A DNA stretch of 11,577 nt from a virus (IMGVR_UViG_3300018477_000015:1-11577), one strand, 5' to 3'. Positions 1-6,713 are shown, counted from the stretch's first letter. A program made the numbers and translations. Notes: generated by a model from the letters alone, not told the origin.

Positions 1-87
1 GTGCTGGATTACATTGACGCGGTGACGGCAACAGATACCAGCACCGCGCCTGATATTATTTGGCCTGCTTTCCTTGAGACTGATTAA
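1..87 (+). CDS. tail fibre assembly protein (Tfa), C-terminal fragment; 5' end lies outside the window
   Basis: Frame 1 from base 1 reads VLDYIDAVTATDTSTAPDIIWPAFLETD followed by TAA at 85-87. The DTSTAPDI(E/I)WP motif is, as I remember it, the conserved C-terminus of lambda-type Tfa chaperones. No start codon in the window, so it is absent from the ORF track. Confidence 0.55.
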   Translation: MLDYIDAVTATDTSTAPDIIWPAFLETD

Positions 88-316
88 CCTCAATCAATAT
101 TGGTTCCCCTTTCTCATTAATTGTTAGCTCCATGCCCTGAGGAATTTCTGTCATAGTAAAAAACCAGTTGTCCTCCGGTAATTCAATAGCCCCGGTCACA
201 TCATGAAGACCGGGGATTACTTCAGTCAAAGTAACTGGATTAAACAGGCGCACAATAAACCCTCCAGGAAAAAGCATTTGATGATGGTCTGCCGTCGTAC
301 ATCTGGCAGCGGGCAT
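56..316 (-). CDS. hypothetical protein; possibly a short alternate tail-fibre assembly gene of the invertible segment
   Basis: 86-aa ORF convergent with the plus-strand Tfa fragment (the two stops overlap across 56-87), an arrangement like U/U' in Mu-type G segments. It lacks the conserved Tfa C-terminal motif and overlaps the upstream ORF by 77 nt, so coding status is uncertain. Confidence 0.3.
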   Translation of the reverse strand: MPAARCTTADHHQMLFPGGFIVRLFNPVTLTEVIPGLHDVTGAIELPEDNWFFTMTEIPQGMELTINEKGEPILIEVNQSQGKQAK

Positions 317-623
317 AAAAACCGGTATTTGTTACCTGATCATCCACGATCATTGAAACGTGAACATTATTAGGTGTGCTCTCGTAATCTGTTCTTATTC
401 TTTCCGCGATACTGATAAAACGTGAAAGTTTAGGCAGTGCAATTGGGTAAACGACTTTAGCCAGTCCATTATCATTAGACCCACCCGTTCCAAAGACTTC
501 TATTGCACCATCTGACCAGCGAATCCATGCACCATTGGCATTAGCTCCTCGCTGAATGATATATCTGGCTTCTCCCAAACCAACGTTTATGAAAATGCAG
601 AAATAACGATCAAATGGCATCAT
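240..623 (-). CDS. side tail fibre C-terminal receptor-binding segment, alternate unfused copy reading inward through the inversion crossover site
   Basis: The C-terminal portion resembles lambda Stf-type fibre tips by eye (YPIALP, VTNTGF, terminal WRVYCAPV versus lambda IRVMAIGY from memory). The ORF runs through the 26-bp crossover site at 570-595 and has no convincing RBS, as expected for a variable fibre segment expressed only after inversion fuses it to the constant part. Confidence 0.5.
   Translation of the reverse strand: MMPFDRYFCIFINVGLGEARYIIQRGANANGAWIRWSDGAIEVFGTGGSNDNGLAKVVYPIALPKLSRFISIAERIRTDYESTPNNVHVSMIVDDQVTNTGFYARCQMYDGRPSSNAFSWRVYCAPV
570..595. other. Hin/Gin/Pin-type inversion crossover site (26 bp, two imperfect inverted 12-bp half-sites around a central AA)
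   Basis: TTCTCCCAAACC-AA-CGTTTATGAAAA. It matches my recollection of hixL (TTCTTGAAAACCAAGGTTTTTGATAA) at about 20 of 26 positions and lies 55 bp upstream of the invertase start, the usual position. Confidence 0.6.
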
Positions 624-649
624 TCCTGCTTTTGTCAGGGAGATCTACC

Positions 650-1204
650 ATGCTTATTGGCTATGTACGTGTGTCAACAAATGACCAGAACACAGATCTA
701 CAACGTAATGCGCTGAACTGTGCAGGATGCGAGCTTATTTTTGAAGACAAGATAAGCGGTACAAAGTCCGAAAGGCCGGGACTGAAAAAACTGCTCAGGA
801 CATTATCGGCAGGTGACACGCTGGTGGTCTGGAAACTGGACCGGCTGGGGCGCAGTATGCGGCATCTTGTCGTGCTGGTGGAGGAGTTGCGCGAACGAGG
901 CATCAACTTTCGTAGTCTGACTGATTCAATTGATACCAGCACACCGATGGGGCGTTTTTTCTTTCATGTGATGGGGGCCCTGGCTGAAATGGAACGAGAA
1001 CTGATTGTTGAACGAACAAAAGCTGGACTGGAAGCTGCTCGCGCACAGGGACGAATTGGTGGACGTCGTCCCAAACTTACACCAGAACAATGGGCGCAGG
1101 CCGGGCGACTAATTGCATCAGGAGTTCCTCGCCAGAAGGTGGCGATCATTTATGATGTTGGCGTATCGACTTTGTATAAGAAGTTTCCGGTCGGAGATAA
1201 ATGA
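650..1204 (+). CDS. pin: serine recombinase, DNA invertase (Pin/Hin/Gin/Cin family)
   Basis: Translation from ATG 650 begins MLIGYVRVSTNDQNTDLQRNAL... with the catalytic-serine motif and C-terminal HTH (GRIGGRRPKLT...STLYKK), near-identical in pattern to e14 Pin as I recall it. AGGGAGA sits 6 nt upstream of ATG 650. The upstream ATG at 614 would add a non-conserved extension. Confidence 0.92.
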   Translation: MLIGYVRVSTNDQNTDLQRNALNCAGCELIFEDKISGTKSERPGLKKLLRTLSAGDTLVVWKLDRLGRSMRHLVVLVEELRERGINFRSLTDSIDTSTPMGRFFFHVMGALAEMERELIVERTKAGLEAARAQGRIGGRRPKLTPEQWAQAGRLIASGVPRQKVAIIYDVGVSTLYKKFPVGDK

Positions 1205-1284
1205 AACCGTAGCACGTCGTATGCAAGAACGTGCCACGGCTGGCTGATAAGCTTGTAAAAATATTGAACAGGGAGTGGAGCATT

Positions 1285-1932
1285 CTATGAAGCTAATTTG
1301 TTTAATTTCATTTGTAGTGACTTTACTTCTTGGTCGATAATGTCGAATCCCTTATTGACAGCATCTCTTAGCTCTGCATCAATATTTTTTATCCCTTGAG
1401 CATAATCTACCATTACATTTATTTTTGCATCATGTAATCTCTTATACATGGTTTTATCTTTGTTATTGTCTGCCATGCCAATAAGGATTTTTTCATAATC
1501 CTCAATGAGTTTGTTGTTTCCTTTAAATGATTGTATTAATGAGCGTGAATATGTGTATATGTTAATTATTGAGTCTCTAGCAGAATCATTTAGTTTTGCA
1601 ATGACATTCGCATTTTTCTCATAGAATGTGAAATTATCATCCCCTACAGGGAATGTGAGAATCAACATTTGTCCCGGTTTTATATTATCAATGTGTGTTT
1701 TCATCCTTTTATTATATAAATTGATTAGGGTGAAAACTTCTCCCTTAACTCCTTTTAATACTGAAAGTTGTAATTCAAGGGATTCTCTTTCTGTCTCTAC
1801 TTTAGACAGCTTAGCTTGTTGGGTAACTCCTTTTAGGGTAAACCATCCGCCAATAAGAGTACCAACTAGAGCTGTGAGGGAGGAGGATAACCATCCAGGT
1901 ATGCTATTTAAAAGATTACTAAATTCACTCAT
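1285..1932 (-). CDS. hypothetical membrane-anchored protein (single N-terminal TM helix, then coiled-coil and globular region); AT-rich accessory gene
   Basis: 215-aa ORF. Residues about 10-32 (IPGWLSSSLTALVGTLIGGWFTL) are hydrophobic, followed by a charged heptad-like stretch. Low GC compared with flanking phage genes. No family recognised. Confidence 0.6.
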   Translation of the reverse strand: MSEFSNLLNSIPGWLSSSLTALVGTLIGGWFTLKGVTQQAKLSKVETERESLELQLSVLKGVKGEVFTLINLYNKRMKTHIDNIKPGQMLILTFPVGDDNFTFYEKNANVIAKLNDSARDSIINIYTYSRSLIQSFKGNNKLIEDYEKILIGMADNNKDKTMYKRLHDAKINVMVDYAQGIKNIDAELRDAVNKGFDIIDQEVKSLQMKLNKLAS

Positions 1933-1990
1933 TATAAGTACTCGCTAATATTGAACGATATATATATCAAATTATTATAAAACTCGTCAG

Positions 1991-2269
1991 CTACTGGAGA
2001 AGGCTACCTGAACTTCGATCTATTCCTGCATCCATATAGTTGATGGTCTTCTGGAGCTCTTCGATTAGGGCAACAGCTTTTGCTCGAGAAATGCATATTA
2101 GTTGATCCGGAAATTCTTGTAAGGGCCAGTTTGGTATACAGGCCATGTTATCAGTGAAGGATGCAGACAAGTAAACTTCATTGGTAACCAGAGAATAGCT
2201 TACCTCAAAATTGGTGAGTTCCGGCAAACTGCTAACGTTTGACTCTTTTCTGCGCATAATATTATCCAT
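1991..2269 (-). CDS. hypothetical small protein; start uncertain (ATG at 2269 giving about 92 aa, or upstream ATG at 2419 giving 142 aa)
   Basis: Open frame in the AT-rich island. The N-terminal 50 residues of the long form are Cys/Trp-rich and contain the C9T6 tract, so the shorter form is favoured. No clear SD for either start. Confidence 0.35.
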   Translation of the reverse strand: MDNIMRRKESNVSSLPELTNFEVSYSLVTNEVYLSASFTDNMACIPNWPLQEFPDQLICISRAKAVALIEELQKTINYMDAGIDRSSGSLLQ

Positions 2270-2346
2270 GACTGTAATTATGTACAGGTGATGGTCTTCA
2301 ATTTCGAAGAGGGAGTCAAGGGGGAGTCTCAAATGAACCGTTATAG

Positions 2347-2361
2347 AAAAAAGGGGGGGGG
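2347..2361. repeat. homopolymeric tract A6G9 (C9T6 on the minus strand)
   Basis: Direct reading: aaaaaa at 2347-2352, ggggggggg at 2353-2361. Confidence 0.9.
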
Positions 2362-2409
2362 ATCTTTGTGTTGCTGAACTTATGCAAAATTTTTTTGCAC
2401 CATAAATCC

Positions 2410-2670
2410 AACAACACATTCAATAACACATTGCTGTATCACTATGAAAATAAATGTGTTTTTATTTGATTTCACACATATCACAATTAATACAGCGTTT
2501 AGTAATTAGTAAAGACATTTCAATGAATTACCGTTAAATCATTTTAAAATCAGTAAGTTGTATCGAGTTTGTATGCTTTACTGTCATTAACTTACTGTAT
2601 GTTGATCCAGTGTATTTAACCTTGATAAACTCAGTCCAGCAACACAAAACCGCAACACATTGCATTTTGT
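2410..2670. promoter_or_regulatory. AT-rich integrase-upstream region with repeated short motifs; candidate attP arm-site or int regulatory region
   Basis: AACACATT at 2413-2420, 2425-2432 and 2654-2661, with an inverted copy at 2453-2460. A 9-bp perfect inverted repeat CAGTAAGTT/AACTTACTG at 2551-2559 and 2589-2597. Repeated TTGTAT and TTACTGT motifs. Confidence 0.3.
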
Positions 2671-2732
2671 CCCGTAGAAAAGACTTGTATGTGTGTGCTT
2701 GTTTTCTGCGCCTACGCAGATAAGGATTGAGA

Positions 2733-4130
2733 ATGCCGCGCACTGTAACACATAATCCGGATAGCCCCAATAATGACGATGTTTTAGCCGCATCTGAAAA
2801 ATGGGACGCCTGTAAACCCCCCTATACCAGCGCACACATGAAAATCTGTGTTGCTGCCGCCAAAATCATCCTCGCTGCTTCCGGCGTGGCTCGCCGTTCC
2901 AAATACGAAAAAGAGAACTATCTCCGTATCGATTTCAGCAAAGCCGGTAAGGTTACATTTTACGCCGAGTTTCCAAAAAAGATGGGCCTCAAAGGTAAAA
3001 AGCTCGGCGAGTGGCCGGAGCTCGCTATTCAGCTGGCGCGCGAAAAAGCGCTAGGTATGGCTGACGGTGGCCTGCGTGCAGAGTCCGTACATGCAGCGCT
3101 GGAAATGTACCGGGATGACCTCAAAGCCAAAGTCGCCCGGCAGAAGCTGAGCCCGGACAGTTTCACAACCTACGGGGTGCGTATCGACCGGATTAAAGCA
3201 ACGTTCGGCGAGCGCGAGGTGTTCAGCGACGTAACATACAATCGGCTGGTGGAAGTGCTGGACGAGTGGATCGCTACTCGCTCGAACAATAACGCCCTGG
3301 AGTTGTTTGCCGAGCTCCGTCGGTTCTGGAAGTTCTGCGCACCTACTCTTTGCAACGGCCGCAATGTTGCCGCCAGTCTGCCAGATGATTATGTTTCCTC
3401 CCGCGTACAGAAACCTACCCCCACACGGCTTTTTACCGATATTGAATCAATCGCCCGACTCTGGCTCAATGTTGCTGCCTGCACCTCTGTACACCAGAAG
3501 AATGCTGTTCGCTTCATGATCATCACTGGTGTTCGTCCGATTAATGTCCATAACCTGCGCTGGGACTACGTTCACGAGGAGGCTGGTGAAATTGTTTATC
3601 CGGAAGGGGTTATCGGCATGCGAGGGGCTATGAAAACACAAAAGGCTTTCCGCCTGCCGATAACCCCTGAGATCCGGCGGATTATCGACGAGCAGAAAGC
3701 CTGGCGTGATTCAGTTCCTGAGTGCAACAGGGATTATGTATTTTTGCAGCCACGTGATCCAATGCAGCCATTTTCAAAACGATCACTAGATAAGCTGGTG
3801 AAAACATACAGCCCGGACGGGGCTGTAAAAGGAATAAAACATGATGGGACTGTTAAAGGGAAAGACGGTGCATTTAATACGATGTGCCGTAAATTCCTTA
3901 AGAGCAATGTTATTGCCTTGATGAAGGAAAGAGGCTATTCCCGCTCAGACCGAAGGGAAATCAGCCTCCTTTGCCTTCACCACTCCAGCAAGTCAGATGA
4001 CCCGATGGCAGAACATTACGACTTTTCTGATGAGATTTTACAGGAAGAGATTGCGTTGAAGCGCGAAGCTTTCGAGGCTCACGAGCGGAGCATACTTGCG
4101 CAGGTGGCATTGCTACGGCGGCGAGGTTAA
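2733..4130 (+). CDS. int: tyrosine-type site-specific integrase (P4-like, with N-terminal arm-binding-type domain)
   Basis: 465 aa from ATG 2733, with AAGGA 6 nt upstream; the track's 2727 start is a TTG. The N-terminus (YLRIDFSKAGKVTFYAEF...LGEWPELAIQLAREKA) fits the P4-int arm-binding pattern. The catalytic-domain landmarks are TGVRPINV (Arg), HDGTVKG and CLHHSS...AEHY (His/Tyr region). Confidence 0.85.
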   Translation: MPRTVTHNPDSPNNDDVLAASEKWDACKPPYTSAHMKICVAAAKIILAASGVARRSKYEKENYLRIDFSKAGKVTFYAEFPKKMGLKGKKLGEWPELAIQLAREKALGMADGGLRAESVHAALEMYRDDLKAKVARQKLSPDSFTTYGVRIDRIKATFGEREVFSDVTYNRLVEVLDEWIATRSNNNALELFAELRRFWKFCAPTLCNGRNVAASLPDDYVSSRVQKPTPTRLFTDIESIARLWLNVAACTSVHQKNAVRFMIITGVRPINVHNLRWDYVHEEAGEIVYPEGVIGMRGAMKTQKAFRLPITPEIRRIIDEQKAWRDSVPECNRDYVFLQPRDPMQPFSKRSLDKLVKTYSPDGAVKGIKHDGTVKGKDGAFNTMCRKFLKSNVIALMKERGYSRSDRREISLLCLHHSSKSDDPMAEHYDFSDEILQEEIALKREAFEAHERSILAQVALLRRRG

Positions 4131-4327
4131 TACTGGCTGCGACATTTTTGAATAAAAGCGTCGATATTTCGGCGCTCATAACGAACTACTTTTGCACTGA
4201 AACGAATTGGTGCCAGGATAGCCCGATGACGATGCTTAATATTCCACTCACATAGCGTTTTCTGTGTAATACCTAACTTTTGGCATACTTCATCCGGGGT
4301 GAGTAAATCGTCGGGTTTCTCGCTCAT
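4127..4327 (-). CDS. AlpA/excisionase-family small HTH DNA-binding protein (candidate recombination directionality factor)
   Basis: 66 aa. LLTPDEVCQKLGITQKTLCEWNIK...ILAPIRFSAKVVRYERRNIDAFI fits the AlpA/Xis winged-helix pattern. Its ATG overlaps the helicase stop (ATGA at 4324-4327) and its stop overlaps the int stop convergently. Confidence 0.65.
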   Translation of the reverse strand: MSEKPDDLLTPDEVCQKLGITQKTLCEWNIKHRHRAILAPIRFSAKVVRYERRNIDAFIQKCRSQY

Positions 4328-5718
4328 GCTATACCTCTCTTTTTCATGGCATCGAGCAGGATGTCCTGCACTGTTCGTTTTGAGTTGCGCCGCTCCATCA
4401 CCATTTCATCCATAGTGTCGGCAGCAATAATGTGGTGAATAAATACCGGACGATTGTGTCCGGCCTGTATCTGCCTGGTGGGGCCGATACGTTCAATAAT
4501 TTGCTGATATTGCTCCAGGTCCCACCAGTGTGAGAAAAATACCAGTATATTTCCGCCGTCCTGCATGTTCAGGCCGTGGCCCGCGCTGGCTGGGTGTGCA
4601 AAGAGAACAGGAATCTTTCCGGAATTCCAGTCGCGCAGTGTCTGTGGATCCTGGTCGAGGTGACGACCGCGAGGGAATGCTTTAAGCAAGCGTTCAAGAT
4701 CGTGTTTCCAGTGATAAGCAACCAGCACAGGTGCGCCAGCTGCTTCGGTCAGTATGCTGTCCAGCGCCTGTAGTTTGGTGTCATGCAGTTCTGACCAACT
4801 TCCGGTGTCATCTGTGTATACTGCGCCGCTGGCGATTTGCAGACACTTCAGTGTCTTTGCCGCGGCGTTCGGTGCTTCGATGCCTTCGCCATTCAGCTCG
4901 AGGAACATTTCCTTTTCCATTTCACGATACTGCTGACGGGCCTTCGGCGGCATATCCACGCGGATTACGTTATGGATGGGGTCTTTGATATCGAACCAGT
5001 CGGCCGCATCCAGCGAGAGGGTTACATCGGCTAACGCTCGCTGTATTTCACCCTGTGAGTGAGCAAAAGGCTCCAGTTTGGTCCAGCTCTGCCCCGGAAA
5101 CTGTATCGAGTTGAACCAGCGTGAGGTAAACGCGCCGTAAGTGCGCCCGAGACGTTGCCCCTGGTCCACAAACCACGATTGTCCCCACAAATCTACCAGG
5201 CCGTTCGGTGCTGGCGTACCGGTGAGATTTATCCAGCGCCGGACATACTTATGCGCCACTTTGCCCAGCGCCGCCGCGCGCTTACCACCACCGCGCAGCC
5301 GGAAGGATTTTAGCCGGGTGCTTTCATCTGGAATGACAGTACCGAACGGCCATCGTTCTCCCAATTCTTCAACCAGCCAGACAAGGTTATCGTAGTTGAT
5401 GGTGAACACGCTTGCGTTGCTGTTCGTCAGCGCCATAGAGCGCGCTTTGGCATTACCAATAATTGGCTGCACCTCGATATTGCGCAAATGTCCCCACTTC
5501 AGTGCTTCATCCGGCCATGTGCTGGCAGCCACGCGCAGCGGCGCGAGGACCAGTGCGGGGCATGTTTCTGCCCCTGCCATAAAGAGATCTTCCAGCGCAG
5601 TGAGCGTTGCCACGGTTTTACCCATTCCCATCCCCGCCCAGATGTTGCCGCGCAGGGTTTCGGTTTCGTGGTTGATAATGAGATCTTGGTAGGGGCGAGG
5701 TATATATTTTGGGGGCAT
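4324..5718 (-). CDS. SNF2-family ATP-dependent helicase (phage replication or recombination module)
   Basis: 464 aa with RPYQ, Walker A AGMGMGKT, DExx box IPDESTRL, motif III LTGTPAPN and a C-terminal GLNMQ...ERIGPTRQIQAG block resembling SNF2 motifs V/VI. AGGAG sits 9 nt upstream of ATG 5718. Confidence 0.85.
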   Translation of the reverse strand: MPPKYIPRPYQDLIINHETETLRGNIWAGMGMGKTVATLTALEDLFMAGAETCPALVLAPLRVAASTWPDEALKWGHLRNIEVQPIIGNAKARSMALTNSNASVFTINYDNLVWLVEELGERWPFGTVIPDESTRLKSFRLRGGGKRAAALGKVAHKYVRRWINLTGTPAPNGLVDLWGQSWFVDQGQRLGRTYGAFTSRWFNSIQFPGQSWTKLEPFAHSQGEIQRALADVTLSLDAADWFDIKDPIHNVIRVDMPPKARQQYREMEKEMFLELNGEGIEAPNAAAKTLKCLQIASGAVYTDDTGSWSELHDTKLQALDSILTEAAGAPVLVAYHWKHDLERLLKAFPRGRHLDQDPQTLRDWNSGKIPVLFAHPASAGHGLNMQDGGNILVFFSHWWDLEQYQQIIERIGPTRQIQAGHNRPVFIHHIIAADTMDEMVMERRNSKRTVQDILLDAMKKRGIA

Positions 5719-5732
5719 ATAATATGGCTCCT

Positions 5733-5768
5733 AAACAACAAAAGGCCAATTTAGGCCTTTTGTTGTTT
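5733..5768. other. perfect 15-bp inverted repeat with 6-nt loop (possible attenuator, weak terminator or processing hairpin)
   Basis: AAACAACAAAAGGCC-AATTTA-GGCCTTTTGTTGTTT. It lies between the stop of the 305-aa gene (5781) and the helicase RBS, and is U-rich on either strand. Confidence 0.5.
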
Positions 5769-5780
5769 TAAAAATGTTAT

Positions 5781-6698
5781 TTATAATAGTGCTGTTACTA
5801 TTGCATCTTTAAAAATATTTTCTTCTTCATTTATTAAAGGTGATGACAGATGAATAATTACTTCTTTTCCTGTCAATACTATTTGCTCGACTTGAAATCC
5901 TGCGTTGTGTAGTCTTTGGCGTAACTTTTCTAGTGCTGATTTTGATATACTAAATCCTTCACTCCTTATAGTATAACTGGCAACTCCATTTTTAATAATA
6001 TCTACAGAGTTGTCAATTTCCTGCTGCGAGTAATTTTTCGGTGAGTCGAAAAATCTGGATTTTGTCGTTGCTGTTGCCCTAAGAGATATCAATAATGATT
6101 TGATATCTTTAATCTCAGATGCCAGATACTCAGTTTCTGATACTTCTTTCTGGTCTAGTTGTGCAACTTTGAAAGTGCCAAAATGTTTGAGGAATGTTGT
6201 GTATTCAGGATCAGTTACTGACTTTAAATATGTTTCTTTTATCTTGCTCGCAAGTCTTTCTTTGAATAAATTGATTGATTGGTATCTTAAATCCGAAGGG
6301 TACTCTAAATGTTCAATTGATGAAATGTCAAAGCTATAAGGAGTGCGCTCGTCCTTAATAATTACGGTCGGTTTGTCAAATGCGAGACGCATTCCTAATT
6401 CAAACATTACATTAGCGTTTCGAGCACTTATATCGCAAACAACTATGGGGTTTTCATAAAGATTTTGAACAATTCGTTTTTGTATTACTGCAACATCATC
6501 ATCTGAACTTACCAAATTTGCCTTGAATCCGGCATCATTTGATGCTTCACAAATAATGTCATGAACATTTCTCCAATGTCCAGTGGGATAACCTTCTATG
6601 TCCGCAATTGGCATAATAATGCCGCATATATGAGGTGGCATATTTTTGTTGTCTTTTACATCATCTTGGTTTATTTCTTTCGTTTGTTGCTTAGCCAT
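5781..6698 (-). CDS. hypothetical protein with N-terminal TIR-like / nucleoside 2-deoxyribosyltransferase-like (Rossmannoid) domain and uncharacterised C-terminal domain; AT-rich insertion
   Basis: 305 aa. N-terminal region has ICGIIMPIA, then DDDVAVIQKRIVQNLYENPIVVCDISARNANVMFELGMRLAFDKPTVIIKDE and EYPSDLRY. The FE(L)G acidic motif after a buried strand is typical of TIR-like (PF10137-type) and NDT-like folds as I recall them. GC content is clearly lower than in the flanking helicase and VRR-NUC genes. Confidence 0.5.
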   Translation of the reverse strand: MAKQQTKEINQDDVKDNKNMPPHICGIIMPIADIEGYPTGHWRNVHDIICEASNDAGFKANLVSSDDDVAVIQKRIVQNLYENPIVVCDISARNANVMFELGMRLAFDKPTVIIKDERTPYSFDISSIEHLEYPSDLRYQSINLFKERLASKIKETYLKSVTDPEYTTFLKHFGTFKVAQLDQKEVSETEYLASEIKDIKSLLISLRATATTKSRFFDSPKNYSQQEIDNSVDIIKNGVASYTIRSEGFSISKSALEKLRQRLHNAGFQVEQIVLTGKEVIIHLSSPLINEEENIFKDAIVTALL

Positions 6699-6713
6699 AG
6701 CTTACACAGACTC

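Noticed and set aside
661-1149. Minus-strand ORFs of 93 aa and 61 aa inside the invertase gene
   Set aside because: They are antisense to a confidently identified, conserved recombinase. Their composition is Ser/Arg-rich, typical of out-of-frame reading of GC-rich coding DNA.
1628-1948. Plus-strand 106-aa ORF overlapping the 215-aa gene
   Set aside because: Antisense to the longer ORF, no RBS, and low-complexity composition. The minus-strand ORF is far longer and has a coherent TM/coiled-coil architecture.
2270-2419. N-terminal extension of the small ORF to the ATG at 2419 (142-aa form)
   Set aside because: The extension is Cys/Trp-rich and contains the homopolymer tract, which looks non-coding. 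It is kept only as an alternative in the phase-variation finding.
2534-2835. Minus-strand ORFs of 78 aa and 82 aa upstream of and overlapping the int start
   Set aside because: They lie in the AT-rich regulatory region and overlap the integrase start. There is no RBS and the composition does not look protein-like.
2848-4179. Several short ORFs on both strands inside the integrase gene
   Set aside because: Alternative frames within a well-supported integrase CDS.
2733-5718. Interpretation as a classical P4-type satellite
   Set aside because: Despite the P4-like integrase and AlpA-like gene, no satellite hallmark genes (for example capsid-size or primase-type genes) are visible in the window. 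The adjacent module is a PolA-type phage replication set instead.
4576-5754. Plus-strand and alternate-frame ORFs (60-98 aa) inside the helicase gene
   Set aside because: Antisense or out-of-frame relative to a motif-supported SNF2 helicase. Compositions are Cys/Arg/Ser-rich.
6100-6339. Plus-strand 79-aa ORF inside the 305-aa gene
   Set aside because: Antisense to the longer ORF carrying recognisable domain motifs.
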